Below are positions 1 to 9,602 of a DNA stretch of 64,000 nucleotides, piece by piece. Under the pieces are notes generated by a model. It made no database searches and had not been told where the DNA came from. It was given only the letters and a program-made list of their open reading frames with translations. The stretch is taken from assembly GCA_041651115.1 (NCBI GenBank), contig JBAZJY010000001.1, positions 261,165 to 325,164 of the forward strand, written 5' to 3'. Position 1 is the stretch's first letter, and every line of letters begins with the position of its first letter. A program made the translations under genes and the position numbers. This DNA is from Candidatus Omnitrophota bacterium (lineage in GTDB: Bacteria > Omnitrophota > Gorgyraeia > Gygaellales > Profunditerraquicolaceae).

Positions 1-14
1 CGGATATCCGTAAC

Positions 15-1523
15 GTGCTTAAGATCATATCATATAAGTCGGGCGTCAATATCGTGACTACGCCGGAAGTGATTGGCAATGTTACTATCCGGCTTGTAGA
101 CGTGCCGTGGGAAAAAGCGCTGGACGTGATACTGAAGACTTACGGTTTTGGTTATGAAAGGCAGGGTAATATCATACTGGTTACCAAGATGGAGAATATT
201 TCCAAGATACAGGCTGAAGAGCCGCTGCGCACGGAAATATTTTCGCTTAAATTCCTTGACGCCCAGGACGCAGAGCGGGCGCTGATACCGATGATCTCGC
301 CGCGCGGGAAGATATCCATACTTTACACGCGCGGCCAAAAAGGCTGGCAATTCGGTACTTTTAAGATCGGTAAAGAGCAGATCAGTTCACAGCAATTGCA
401 GGCGCAGGAAAAGGCCACGGGCATGCGTTCGGAAACAGTCTCTATTGAAAAAAATGCCGAAGGCCGCACTGTCTCCACAAAGGTTGATTTTGAGACATCT
501 ATTAAATCAAAGACCCTGATCGTCACCGATACGTCGTTTTCACTGGAAAAGATCCGTAATTTCCTTCAGGTGATTGATAAGAAACCCAGGCAGGTATCAA
601 TAGAGACGCGGATCATGGAGGTTAACCGGGACAAGCTTAAGGACCTCGGCCTTGACTGGGGCACAGGTTCCAGCGGAGCAAGCGGCTACACTACGGCTCC
701 CGCCGATATCGGCGTAAACAAGGGGAATACCATGACGCTGGCCGGCCGCAGCCTTGCTTCTGAATTTACGCCCAGCGTATTCGGCCCTAAGGAAGGGACA
801 TCGATCACCTCCGGTTTGCCCGGGACATATCCTTACAAGGCGGGTTTGGAAGTGTTATTTAAAAAAATATCCGGAACGCAGTTTGAAGTTATTCTGCATG
901 CGCTTGAAGAGGACGTGCATACCAATACGTTGTCTGCGCCGCGGATATTGACGCTGGATAACCAGGAGGCGTCAATACTCGTCGGTTTGCATACGCCGAT
1001 CCTTTCTTCAACCGTAACTGCCGGGACTGCCGCTACCGGCACCGGCGCCACGGTTACCCAGACCCTTGATTATTATCAGGAGATCGGCATACGCCTGAAC
1101 GTTGTGCCGCAGATCAGCGAAGAGGGCTATATTAATATGCTCATTCATCCCAGCGTTACTTCTTCTACCAGCAGCATTGACGCTACCTCGGTTGCCAGCG
1201 GTATTACGACGGTAACCAGTTATCCGATCATTGACGTGCGCGAGGCGCAGACGCAGGTATTAATGAAAGACGGAGAAACAATCGTCATCGGCGGCCTGAT
1301 GAAAGACGTCAAGAGCAAGGAAATTATCGGCATACCCTTCTTGAGCAAGATCCCGTTTCTGGGCAAGGCCTTTACGCGCGAAATCATCGATAACAGCAAG
1401 ATTGACCTGCTGATATTTATCACTGCCCATGTTGTGGAAGACAACGAGCCGCTGTCAGACCAGGTAAGGGATTCCGAGCATAAAGCTGAAATCGGCAGCC
1501 TCCGCAGCAAGAAGTCGGAGTAG
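15..1523 (+). CDS. pilQ: Type IV pilus / T2SS-type secretin, C-terminal secretin domain. The 5' end lies outside the window.
   Basis: The C-terminal secretin signature is present (…VIGGLMKDVKSKEIIGIPFLSKIPFLGKAF…). Upstream are Thr/Ser/Gly-rich beta-repeat regions. The frame is open back to the window edge. Confidence 0.8.
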   Translation: MLKIISYKSGVNIVTTPEVIGNVTIRLVDVPWEKALDVILKTYGFGYERQGNIILVTKMENISKIQAEEPLRTEIFSLKFLDAQDAERALIPMISPRGKISILYTRGQKGWQFGTFKIGKEQISSQQLQAQEKATGMRSETVSIEKNAEGRTVSTKVDFETSIKSKTLIVTDTSFSLEKIRNFLQVIDKKPRQVSIETRIMEVNRDKLKDLGLDWGTGSSGASGYTTAPADIGVNKGNTMTLAGRSLASEFTPSVFGPKEGTSITSGLPGTYPYKAGLEVLFKKISGTQFEVILHALEEDVHTNTLSAPRILTLDNQEASILVGLHTPILSSTVTAGTAATGTGATVTQTLDYYQEIGIRLNVVPQISEEGYINMLIHPSVTSSTSSIDATSVASGITTVTSYPIIDVREAQTQVLMKDGETIVIGGLMKDVKSKEIIGIPFLSKIPFLGKAFTREIIDNSKIDLLIFITAHVVEDNEPLSDQVRDSEHKAEIGSLRSKKSE

Positions 1524-1536
1524 CCTCGCCGCGATC

Positions 1537-1842
1537 ATGGATTACAAAGTCAGTTTTGTTTTTACCAAAAAAGGCCTGATGAAGTATATATCGCATTTGG
1601 ACCTGATGCGTTTATTTATGCGCGGTTTGCGGCGCGCGGAAATGCCGGTAAAGTTCACGCAGGGTTTTAGCCCGCATATGAAATTGAGCATCAAGCGGGC
1701 GCTTAAGCTGGGATTGGAAAGCGACTGTGAAGAGGCTCAGGTCATTTTGAAACAGCCGGTAAGCCCGGAAGAATTCATGCGGCGGCTCAATGAGCAGCTG
1801 CCGGAAGGAATTGTGGTAAAGGAAGCGGCGATAAATTATTAG
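1537..1842 (+). CDS. Small conserved protein of the DUF2344 / radical-SAM-linked (TIGR03936-like) family. It is typically adjacent to rng.
   Basis: The 101-aa ORF carries the motif ISHLDLMR…RA..P..F..GF.P. The call rests on this motif and on its position directly upstream of the RNase G/E gene. Confidence 0.4.
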   Translation: MDYKVSFVFTKKGLMKYISHLDLMRLFMRGLRRAEMPVKFTQGFSPHMKLSIKRALKLGLESDCEEAQVILKQPVSPEEFMRRLNEQLPEGIVVKEAAINY

Positions 1843-1959
1843 GTTAAGGTTAAGGTTAAGAAGCCAGTATGGTAGTTAGGTTAGGGTTAAGTATTAATGA
1901 CCTAACCATAACCTTTAAACCATGCCGGCATCCTAACCCTAACCTTAACCATAACCTAA
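1839..1959. repeat. Telomere-like (TTAGGG/TTAAGG)n imperfect inverted repeat in the intergenic region.
   Basis: The left arm reads ttaggttaaggttaaggttaag…ggttaggttagggttaag. The right arm is its reverse complement, cctaaccataacc…cctaaccctaaccttaaccataacctaa. Together they can form a long hairpin. Confidence 0.7.
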
Positions 1960-1975
1960 AATTATAAGGAGTGTC

Positions 1976-3430
1976 ATGTCAAAAGAAATATTGATCAACG
2001 TTGAAACGCAGGAAAAGAGGGTTGCCATAGTCGGCGACGGGAGGCTGGAAGAATTCTCTATCGAGCGGCCACAGGATAAAACGATCGTCGGTAACATTTA
2101 TAAAGGCAGGATCGAAGCAGTGTTACCGTCGTTAGGCGCGGCCTTCGTGGATATCGGTATGCCCAAGAAGGGATTCTTATACTTATCGGAGATTGAGTCG
2201 GCTTATGAAGCCCTGGAGCCGCAAGACCTCAAACCCGCGAATAAGCCAAAACCTAAGATTGAAAAAGGCCAGGATGTGCTTGTCCAGGTTGTTAAAGAAT
2301 CATTCGGCACCAAGGGACCGCGCCTTTCCTGCCATATCGGCCTTGCCGGCAGGTACCTCGTGCTTATGGTGCAGGAATCACAGGTGGGAATATCGCGCAG
2401 GATTGAAGATGATGAAGAACGCAAGCGGCTAAGGCAGATATTGCTTGAGCTAAAACTGCCGAAAGACGTAGGCTTTATCGTGCGTACGGCAGCCTGGGGA
2501 AAATCAAAACAGGAGCTCTTAAGGGACGCTAACTTCCTGATTAAACTGTGGAAAAGGATGGAAAAAACCATTCAGATGCGCAAGACCCCGGCGATCATCT
2601 ACGAAGAATACGACTTGACCTTGAGGGCAATAAGGGATTCTTTTACCGACGACGTGGCTAAACTCATTGTTGATTCCAAGGCGGAATATTACCGGATCAA
2701 GAACTTTATGAAGACCTTCATGAGTTATCTGACGAATAAGGTCGAGCTTTACCGTGGAGATAACCTTTTTGAGGATAAAGATATTGAACGGCACATCGGA
2801 AAGATCTTTGAAAGCAAGGTCTACATGAAATCAAAAGCCTACATCATTATCGAGCCGACAGAAGGCCTGGTGGTGATTGACGTCAATAGCGGCGGGTACA
2901 CTAAGCGCTTGAACCAGGAAGATACGGCATTTAAGGTTAATTGCGAAGCGGCGAATGAAGTTGCCCGGCAGTTAAAATTGCGCGACTTGGGAGGGATCAT
3001 TGTTATTGATTTTATTGACATGGAAAAAGAATCTCACCGCCGGGAATTATTGAACACTCTAAAGCGGGCGTTGCATAATGACCGGGCAAAATACGATATC
3101 CTGGGCATTTCCAAATTCGGATTAGTGGAAATGACGCGCGAGCGGGTCCATAAGACCGTGCATACGCTTTCTCATCAGAGCTGCCCTTACTGTGGGGGAA
3201 AAGGCAAGGTAAAATCGCCGGTGACGATGTCCATCTACGCGTTTAAGGAGTTAAAGCGCTTCTTAAAGGGTAAAAATTTAAGAGAAGTCAATTTAGCCTT
3301 GAACCCGACAGTGACCGATGAAGTGCTGAAGGAGAAATCCAGCCTAAAGATGATCGAAAATAAATTCCGGACAAAGATCAATCTTATCTCTAACCCCGCG
3401 CTGCACGTAGAAGATATAAGGATTTCCTGA
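1976..3430 (+). CDS. rng: Ribonuclease G/E family endoribonuclease.
   Basis: The N-terminal S1 domain and RNase E/G catalytic core are recognisable (MSKEILINVETQEKRVAIV…GNIYKGRIE…LVEMTRER), including the conserved Zn-link CPYCGG. An RBS ggagtg lies upstream. Confidence 0.85.
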   Translation: MSKEILINVETQEKRVAIVGDGRLEEFSIERPQDKTIVGNIYKGRIEAVLPSLGAAFVDIGMPKKGFLYLSEIESAYEALEPQDLKPANKPKPKIEKGQDVLVQVVKESFGTKGPRLSCHIGLAGRYLVLMVQESQVGISRRIEDDEERKRLRQILLELKLPKDVGFIVRTAAWGKSKQELLRDANFLIKLWKRMEKTIQMRKTPAIIYEEYDLTLRAIRDSFTDDVAKLIVDSKAEYYRIKNFMKTFMSYLTNKVELYRGDNLFEDKDIERHIGKIFESKVYMKSKAYIIIEPTEGLVVIDVNSGGYTKRLNQEDTAFKVNCEAANEVARQLKLRDLGGIIVIDFIDMEKESHRRELLNTLKRALHNDRAKYDILGISKFGLVEMTRERVHKTVHTLSHQSCPYCGGKGKVKSPVTMSIYAFKELKRFLKGKNLREVNLALNPTVTDEVLKEKSSLKMIENKFRTKINLISNPALHVEDIRIS

Positions 3431-3510
3431 TCCGGCCGCAAAGACGATAACCGCTTGATTTTATAGCAAGTTAAGTATATAATAAAATTTCGATCCAGAG
3501 AGGATAGCTC

Positions 3511-5388
3511 ATGGCAAATAATAGGAACGCAAAAAATAAAAAACAGGGCGTATTCAAGCGGTTTCCCGTCGGATGGCTTATCGCGATCGTCATATTCTAC
3601 CTGTTTATCACTTCCGTGAATTTTTCCGTGACCGGAGTCCCGAAAAAGCTTAACTATAGCGAGTTTTACGCGATCTTAAAAGACGCGCCGGATAAGATAA
3701 AGTCGTTAAGCAAAATTGAAAACCTTATGGAAGGCGAATTTACCGACAATACCCGGTTTTTCGTCAACATTCCGGATAACGATACGGAGCTTTTGAACCT
3801 GATCCGTCAGAACATTAAACAGTTTGATGTAAAGCCGCCGCGCACGTTGCTGGCAAACATTTTTTATTCCCTCGGGCCGGTAGTCCTGTTGATAATTTTT
3901 TGGTGGATGATGGCGGCAAGAGGCGAGCAATTAGGCAACCGGGTAATGGGTTTTGGCAAGATCCGGCCCAAGCTGCACAGCGAAGGCGATTCGGAAAAGG
4001 TTACTTTTAACGACGTTGCCGGCGTGGATGAAGCGAAGGAAGAGCTTAAAGAAGTAATTGAATTCCTCAAAGACCCGAAGAAATTCCAAAAACTCGGCGG
4101 AAAAATCCCTAAAGGCGTTTTGCTTGTCGGGCCTCCCGGATGCGGAAAGACCTTGATCGCGCGGGCAGTTGCCGGCGAAGCGAACGTGCCGTTTTACAGC
4201 ATTTCCGGTTCGGACTTTGTAGAGATGTTTGTCGGCGTCGGCGCAAGCCGCGTGCGCGACCTGTTTGAACAGGGCCGCAAGGCGGCAAAAGTATCCGGCA
4301 AAGGCGCGATAATTTTTATTGATGAAATCGATGCGGTAGGCCGCCTGCGTTTTTCCGGCATTGGCGGAGGCCACGATGAAAGGGAGCAGACTTTAAACCA
4401 GTTATTAGTTGAGATGGACGGCTTTGCTACCGAGCAGGGGCTGATCCTGATTGCCGCGACTAACCGGCCGGATACGCTGGATCCGGCATTGCTGCGGCCG
4501 GGAAGATTTGACCGCCATATTATCGTTAATCTGCCGGACATTAAAGGCAGGGAAGAAATTTTGAGGGTCCATTCGCGCAAGATCAAGCTCTCCGGCCAGG
4601 TGGACTTAAAATCTATTGCCGGGCAGACTCCGGGATTTTCCGGGGCAGACCTTGCCAACCTTTGCAACGAAGCCGCGCTTTTAGCCGCGCGGTATAATAA
4701 AGAGTCAATTGAGATGATTGATTTTGAGAAGTCCGTAGAGAGGGTGATTATGGGCCCGGAAAAGCGCAGCCACATTATGTCTAAGAAAGAAAAGGAGATC
4801 ACCGCGCTGCATGAATCCGGGCATGCTTTGTTGTCGCTCTTGCTTCCGGAAGTAAATGCCCTTAGAAAAGTTTCCATCATACCGCGCGGTTTGGCAGGCG
4901 GCTATACGTTTACGCCTCCGACAGAAGACCGGCATTACTGGACCAAGAGCCAGTTGATTGAAGAAATCACAATGATGCTGGGCGGCCGGGCATCGGAAGA
5001 ACTTAACTTAAAAGAGATCACTACCGGCGCGCAGAACGACCTTGAAATGGCCACGCAAATGGCAAGGCGCATGGTTATGCAATTCGGGATGTCGGAGAAG
5101 CTGGGGCATATTACCCTTGGCCGCAGGGAAGGCCTTGTGTTTCTTGGCCGCGACATCATGGAGGAAAGAAATTACAGCGATCAGACCGCTCACTTGATCG
5201 ATGAAGAAGTGAAAAAGATCATTGACGGGGCCTATGCCAGCGCAAAAGGCCTGTTAAGCCAGAACCTGGATAAATTAAAGATGCTATCCGCCGCCCTTCT
5301 GGAAAAAGAGGTGTTAGACGGCGAAGTGGTCAAGCAAATGCTCGGCATACAGAAAGGCACGGTAACCGGAGAGCAGCCCAGCCTGTAG
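3511..5388 (+). CDS. ftsH: ATP-dependent zinc metalloprotease FtsH.
   Basis: There is an N-terminal TM helix. The Walker A motif GPPGCGKT, the SRH region and the HEXXH zinc motif HESGHAL are all present. Confidence 0.95.
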   Translation: MANNRNAKNKKQGVFKRFPVGWLIAIVIFYLFITSVNFSVTGVPKKLNYSEFYAILKDAPDKIKSLSKIENLMEGEFTDNTRFFVNIPDNDTELLNLIRQNIKQFDVKPPRTLLANIFYSLGPVVLLIIFWWMMAARGEQLGNRVMGFGKIRPKLHSEGDSEKVTFNDVAGVDEAKEELKEVIEFLKDPKKFQKLGGKIPKGVLLVGPPGCGKTLIARAVAGEANVPFYSISGSDFVEMFVGVGASRVRDLFEQGRKAAKVSGKGAIIFIDEIDAVGRLRFSGIGGGHDEREQTLNQLLVEMDGFATEQGLILIAATNRPDTLDPALLRPGRFDRHIIVNLPDIKGREEILRVHSRKIKLSGQVDLKSIAGQTPGFSGADLANLCNEAALLAARYNKESIEMIDFEKSVERVIMGPEKRSHIMSKKEKEITALHESGHALLSLLLPEVNALRKVSIIPRGLAGGYTFTPPTEDRHYWTKSQLIEEITMMLGGRASEELNLKEITTGAQNDLEMATQMARRMVMQFGMSEKLGHITLGRREGLVFLGRDIMEERNYSDQTAHLIDEEVKKIIDGAYASAKGLLSQNLDKLKMLSAALLEKEVLDGEVVKQMLGIQKGTVTGEQPSL

Positions 5389-5392
5389 AATC

Positions 5393-6604
5393 ATGCGCAT
5401 CATACAAGTAAGCGACCAAGACGCTTTGGCGAAATTGATGCGGGAGATAAAAGTAGATCCTTACGGGATCGAAATTATGCTTCCTAAAGCGGTAAACTAC
5501 GTAATAAAAATCAATTCTTTGCCTTCTATCCAAGCAAATATCTTAAAACAGGAAATGCTTTCTTTGGGCGGCGACGTTGCCGTAACGCGCGCTGCGCTGA
5601 CCGGTAAGGCCCGGCATACCGACTGCCTGATCATCGGCAGCCTGGCGCAGTATCGCAGGCTTTGCGAAAAATTAAAACGCCAGCCTTTTGGTTTAAGCAG
5701 GTTTTCAACGGAATTATCCGCTGTAATTGCGGATTATGAAAGAGCTGATTTTAAGCTTGATTTTGGGCGTTTCCGGATAAACGCCGGTATGGGTAATACG
5801 CGGATCTGGGGTATTGTAAATCTGACTCCCGATTCTTTCAGCGGCGACGGCCTCTATAGAAAACCGGGATTAGAAATCCGGGATGCCGGTTATATTATTG
5901 ATCATATCTACCGGTTGGTGGAAGACGGCGCGGATGTGATCGATATCGGCGGCGAATCTACGCGGCCCGGGGCGCTGCCGGTTCCGTTAAAAGAAGAGGT
6001 CAGCCGGGTGATCCCGGTGATAAAAAAAATCGCTAAAAAAATAAAAGTTCCGATATCCGTCGATACTTATAAACCCGCGGTTGCCGAAATGGCAATAGAT
6101 TGCGGGGCAAGCGTTATTAACGATATCAGCGGTCTGCGCGACCAGAGGATGGTTAAGGTGGCGGCTAAACAGAAATGCGGCGTCGTGATCATGCATTGTC
6201 AGGGCAAGCCGGCTACAATGCAGGTCAACCCAAAATACGGCTCATTAATAGATGAAGTCATCGGCTATCTGCGTAACGCGATTATCCGGGCCCAAGACGC
6301 CGGGATAGGCAAGGATAAGATCGTCATTGACCCCGGGCTGGGGTTTGGCAAGACCCTGGCGCATAATTTACAGATCGTTAAAAAACTTGGCGAATTCAAA
6401 GTTTTAGGCAAGCCGATCTTGATCGGGCCGTCGCGAAAAGCATTTATCGGCAAGATACTGAATGTGCCTGCGCATGAGAGGGTCGGCGGAACGCTTTGCG
6501 CTTCTGTCCTGGCGGTAAATAACGGCGCTAGTTTTTTGCGGGTGCACGATGTCAAAGAGGTTAAACAGGCGATAATAATGGCCAACAGCATCACTAACGC
6601 GTAA
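5393..6604 (+). CDS. folP: Dihydropteroate synthase with a roughly 130-aa N-terminal extension of unknown function.
   Basis: The pterin-binding domain begins around aa 140 (IWGIVNLTPDSFSGDG … IDIGGESTRPG … VSVDTYK). The preceding N-terminal domain is not recognisable. Confidence 0.85.
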   Translation: MRIIQVSDQDALAKLMREIKVDPYGIEIMLPKAVNYVIKINSLPSIQANILKQEMLSLGGDVAVTRAALTGKARHTDCLIIGSLAQYRRLCEKLKRQPFGLSRFSTELSAVIADYERADFKLDFGRFRINAGMGNTRIWGIVNLTPDSFSGDGLYRKPGLEIRDAGYIIDHIYRLVEDGADVIDIGGESTRPGALPVPLKEEVSRVIPVIKKIAKKIKVPISVDTYKPAVAEMAIDCGASVINDISGLRDQRMVKVAAKQKCGVVIMHCQGKPATMQVNPKYGSLIDEVIGYLRNAIIRAQDAGIGKDKIVIDPGLGFGKTLAHNLQIVKKLGEFKVLGKPILIGPSRKAFIGKILNVPAHERVGGTLCASVLAVNNGASFLRVHDVKEVKQAIIMANSITNA

Positions 6605-6610
6605 ATACAT

Positions 6611-7366
6611 ATGACAAATTTAATTTCTTTTTGGAAGCCGGTAACAGAAATCGTAATATTATGGTTTGTGATCTACCGCATCATGCTGTTTTTTGAGGGC
6701 ACCCGCGCCATACATGTAATCCGCGGGATAGTGGTTTTATTGATTGCTTTTTTTGTCTTTCAGCTGCTGCGTTTTGAAGTTTTGGACTGGCTCCTGGAAA
6801 GGTTATTTGCGATATCGGTAATCGCGATATTGATCATTTTCCATCCTGAGATCAGGCAGGGCCTGGCGCGCCTTGGCCAGCGTAATATTTTTGGCGCAAC
6901 AGCGCTGCGGCAGGAAGACCTGGACCGCCTGCTAAAAGAGATCGGCAATGCCGCGGAAAACCTTTCGAAGGATAAGACCGGCGCGATCATCGCGCTGGAG
7001 AAAAAAGACCCGCTTTCCGCTTTTATTGAAAGCGGGGTAGTGATTGACGGCCGCGTTTCGTCGGAATTGATTGAAAGCGTATTCTCGCGCAACAGTATAT
7101 TGCATGACGGGGGAATGATCATCCAGCAGGGCAGGATTACCGCGGCAGGCTGCCTTTTCCCGCTTTCAGAAAACCAGGACTTGAGCCGCGTCTTCGGCAC
7201 GCGCCACCGCGCCGCGCTTGGATTAAGCGAAGATACGGACGCGATAATTATTGTTGTTTCCGAAGAAAGACAGAATCTGTCACTGATTTACCGCGGTAAG
7301 ATGCAAAAGGACTTGAGCCGGGAAGAGCTCATCGGTAAGATCAAAGAATTCATCAAAGCCAAATAA
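6611..7366 (+). CDS. cdaA: Diadenylate cyclase CdaA (DacA), membrane-anchored.
   Basis: Three N-terminal TM helices precede a DisA_N domain carrying the DGA and GTRHRAALG motifs. Confidence 0.85.
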   Translation: MTNLISFWKPVTEIVILWFVIYRIMLFFEGTRAIHVIRGIVVLLIAFFVFQLLRFEVLDWLLERLFAISVIAILIIFHPEIRQGLARLGQRNIFGATALRQEDLDRLLKEIGNAAENLSKDKTGAIIALEKKDPLSAFIESGVVIDGRVSSELIESVFSRNSILHDGGMIIQQGRITAAGCLFPLSENQDLSRVFGTRHRAALGLSEDTDAIIIVVSEERQNLSLIYRGKMQKDLSREELIGKIKEFIKAK

Positions 7367-7517
7367 TTTTGCCATGGTTAAAGCTAAAGCCGCTTTTAAA
7401 AAACGGATCACGGAATTTTTCATGTTCCATATCTGGCTTAAGTTGATCGCGCTGGCGCTGGCGATACTCGTCTGGTTCTATGTCAGGGGCGATATAATCG
7501 CAAGATAGGACTATGCG

Positions 7518-8228
7518 ATGCTCTTAGGCGTTAATATTGATCATGTCGCCACGCTTAGGCAAGTAAGGAGGGGAAGCGCGCCTGAGCCTTGCTACGCGGC
7601 TTTTCTTTGTGAAGCAGCCGGGGCTGACAGCATTGTCGCGCATCTACGGGAAGACCGCAGGCATATTAATGAAAAAGACGTATTTTTATTGAGAAAAACC
7701 GTGCGGACAAAGCTTAACCTGGAAATGTCCCTTGCCCGGGAGATCGTAGATATTGCCTGTCAGGTTAAGCCGGACCAGGCAACGCTGGTCCCGGAAAAAA
7801 GGCAGGAATTGACGACCGAGGGCGGGCTTGACGCAGTTTCAAATTTCGGGAGAATCAAGCAGGCATCCCAAAGGCTCCGGGAACAAAATATCGGCGTCAG
7901 CCTTTTTATTGACCCGGAAAAGCCGCAGATCGACGCGGCGGTAAAGCTGGGCGTAAAAATGATCGAGCTGCATACCGGCAGGTATGCGGAATCTAAAAAC
8001 AGCCTGCAGCAGAAAAATAATTTCAGACAACTGGAAATTGCCGCTGCTTATGCGCTAAAAAAAGGGATGCGCGTATTTTCCGGGCACGGCCTTGATTATG
8101 ATAATGCCGGAAAAGTCAGCCGGATAAAAGGCATTGAAGAGTTGAATATCGGTTATTCAATCGTCTGCCGGGCAGTATTGGTAGGCTTGGAGCGCGCGGT
8201 AAAAGAGATGAAACTTTCGATAGGGTAA
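7518..8228 (+). CDS. pdxJ: Pyridoxine 5'-phosphate synthase.
   Basis: The N-terminus reads LGVNIDHVATLRQVRR, which is the classic PdxJ start. The length of 236 aa fits. Confidence 0.9.
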   Translation: MLLGVNIDHVATLRQVRRGSAPEPCYAAFLCEAAGADSIVAHLREDRRHINEKDVFLLRKTVRTKLNLEMSLAREIVDIACQVKPDQATLVPEKRQELTTEGGLDAVSNFGRIKQASQRLREQNIGVSLFIDPEKPQIDAAVKLGVKMIELHTGRYAESKNSLQQKNNFRQLEIAAAYALKKGMRVFSGHGLDYDNAGKVSRIKGIEELNIGYSIVCRAVLVGLERAVKEMKLSIG

Positions 8229-8231
8229 GAT

Positions 8232-8588
8232 ATGATCATTGGCACCGGCGTAGATATAACAGAGGTCAGCAGGCTGCGTAAAGCCGTGGAAAAATGGGGA
8301 AAAGATTTCCTGCAGAGGGTCTTTACGCAGAATGAGCTGGAGAACGCAAAAACCCGCGGCAGCCTTTATCAACACCTGGCAGGAAGATTCGCGGCAAAAG
8401 AGGCGATCTTTAAAGCTATGAACGTCAAGGAACTTACCTGGCAGGACGTGGAGATCCTTAACGACAAGAACGGCAGGCCAATAGCCCGGATCATTAATAA
8501 GAAGATCAAGAAAGCGGATATCCACCTGTCAATCTCTCATGTAAAAAGCTATGCGGTTGCCAACGCGATTGTTACGAAGAAAGCCTGA
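8232..8588 (+). CDS. acpS: Holo-[acyl-carrier-protein] synthase.
   Basis: The N-terminus MIIGTGVDITEVSR is typical of the 4'-phosphopantetheinyl transferase family, and the length is 118 aa. Confidence 0.85.
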   Translation: MIIGTGVDITEVSRLRKAVEKWGKDFLQRVFTQNELENAKTRGSLYQHLAGRFAAKEAIFKAMNVKELTWQDVEILNDKNGRPIARIINKKIKKADIHLSISHVKSYAVANAIVTKKA

Positions 8589-9417
8589 TTCGCATAAAGG
8601 CAGCTTCGGCCATGTTCTTATCCTGGCCGGGTCCGCAAGGTATTCAGGCGCTGCCGTATTATGCTCGGCAGCGGCAATGCGTTCCGGCGCGGGTATGGTT
8701 ACCATAGGTATCCCAAAAAGCCTGAATGCCGCGTTGATCAAAATAAAATATCCGGAAGTAATGACCCTGCCTTTGCCGGAAACAAAAAGCGGCAGTTTGG
8801 CTTTAAGCGGGTTTGTAAAGATTGAGGATTTTATCAGGAAACGAGCCGATGTTTTAGCAATCGGGCCGGGGCTTACGGCTGAACCTGTAGTGCAGGGATT
8901 GATCCGCAGGGTGGTGAAGTCAACAGTCATGCCGGTAGTATTGGATGCCGATGGCTTGAATGCCTTTGCCGGGAAATTATCATTACTGCGTGCTGCAGCA
9001 GAAATAAACCATGAGATGGTGCTTACTCCGCATCCCGGTGAAATGGCAGGGCTCTTGGGCTGCGGTATTAAAAAGGTGCAGGCAAGCCGAAAAGATACAG
9101 CTTGTAAATTTGCCGCCCGCTATGGGGTTACGCTTGTTTTAAAAGGCGATCATACCATAGTCGCGGATTATGAAGGCAATTGTTATATAAATAAGACAGG
9201 CAATGCCGGGATGAGCACCGCGGGAAGCGGGGATGTGCTAAGCGGGATGATTGCTGCGTTCTTAGGGCAGGGGCTGGATGTCTTTGCCGCGGCTAAATAC
9301 GCGGTTTATCTCCACGGCTTGGCAGGCGATCTTGCAGCAAAAGAAAAAACACAAATTAGCTTGATTGCAACGGATATTATTGGTAAAATCCCTCAAGCGA
9401 TAAAGCGGTGTTCGTAG
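8551..9417 (+). CDS. nnrD: ADP-dependent NAD(P)H-hydrate dehydratase (YjeF C-terminal domain family).
   Basis: The motifs HKGSFGHVLILAGS…YSGAAVL and GDVLSGMIAAF mark the carbohydrate-kinase-like fold. The 5' end overlaps acpS, so the true start may be further downstream. Confidence 0.75.
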   Translation: MRLPTRLLRRKPDSHKGSFGHVLILAGSARYSGAAVLCSAAAMRSGAGMVTIGIPKSLNAALIKIKYPEVMTLPLPETKSGSLALSGFVKIEDFIRKRADVLAIGPGLTAEPVVQGLIRRVVKSTVMPVVLDADGLNAFAGKLSLLRAAAEINHEMVLTPHPGEMAGLLGCGIKKVQASRKDTACKFAARYGVTLVLKGDHTIVADYEGNCYINKTGNAGMSTAGSGDVLSGMIAAFLGQGLDVFAAAKYAVYLHGLAGDLAAKEKTQISLIATDIIGKIPQAIKRCS

Positions 9418-9422
9418 ATTTT

Positions 9423-9495
9423 GCCGGCGTAGCTCAGTTGGTAGAGCGTCTGTTTTGTAAACAGATGGTCGGGGGTCCGATTCCTCTCGCCGGCT
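9423..9495 (+). tRNA. tRNA-Thr(UGU).
   Basis: The sequence folds as a cloverleaf. The acceptor stem is gccggcg/cgccggc, and the anticodon loop ttTGTaa sits in a tctgt/acaga stem. CCA is not encoded. Confidence 0.85.
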
Positions 9496-9509
9496 TTTAT
9501 AAATGTTAT

Positions 9510-9592
9510 GGGCAGGTACCCAAGTGGCCAAAGGGGGCAGACTGTAAATCTGCTGCACTTGTGCTTCAGAGGTCCGAATCCTCTCCTGCCCA
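9510..9592 (+). tRNA. tRNA-Tyr(GUA), type II with a long variable arm.
   Basis: The acceptor stem is gggcagg/cctgccc and the anticodon loop is ctGTAaa. A long extra arm (tgcacttgtgcttca) and the T-loop tccgaat are present. Confidence 0.85.
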
Positions 9593-9602
9593 TTAATTTA
9601 CT

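Noticed and set aside
4194-4880. 228-aa minus-strand ORF inside ftsH. Similar long antisense ORFs lie at 26618-27211 inside valS, 32551-33117 inside uvrB, 42418-42966 and 24081-24641.
   Set aside because: Each lies entirely antisense to a well-supported + strand gene. None has an RBS or recognisable domain, and the compositions are Ser/Arg/Pro-rich as is typical of shadow ORFs.
9393-9596. ORFs at 9408-9596 (+) and 9393-9593 (-) in the six-frame track.
   Set aside because: They are superimposed on the tRNA-Thr and tRNA-Tyr genes and are spurious.
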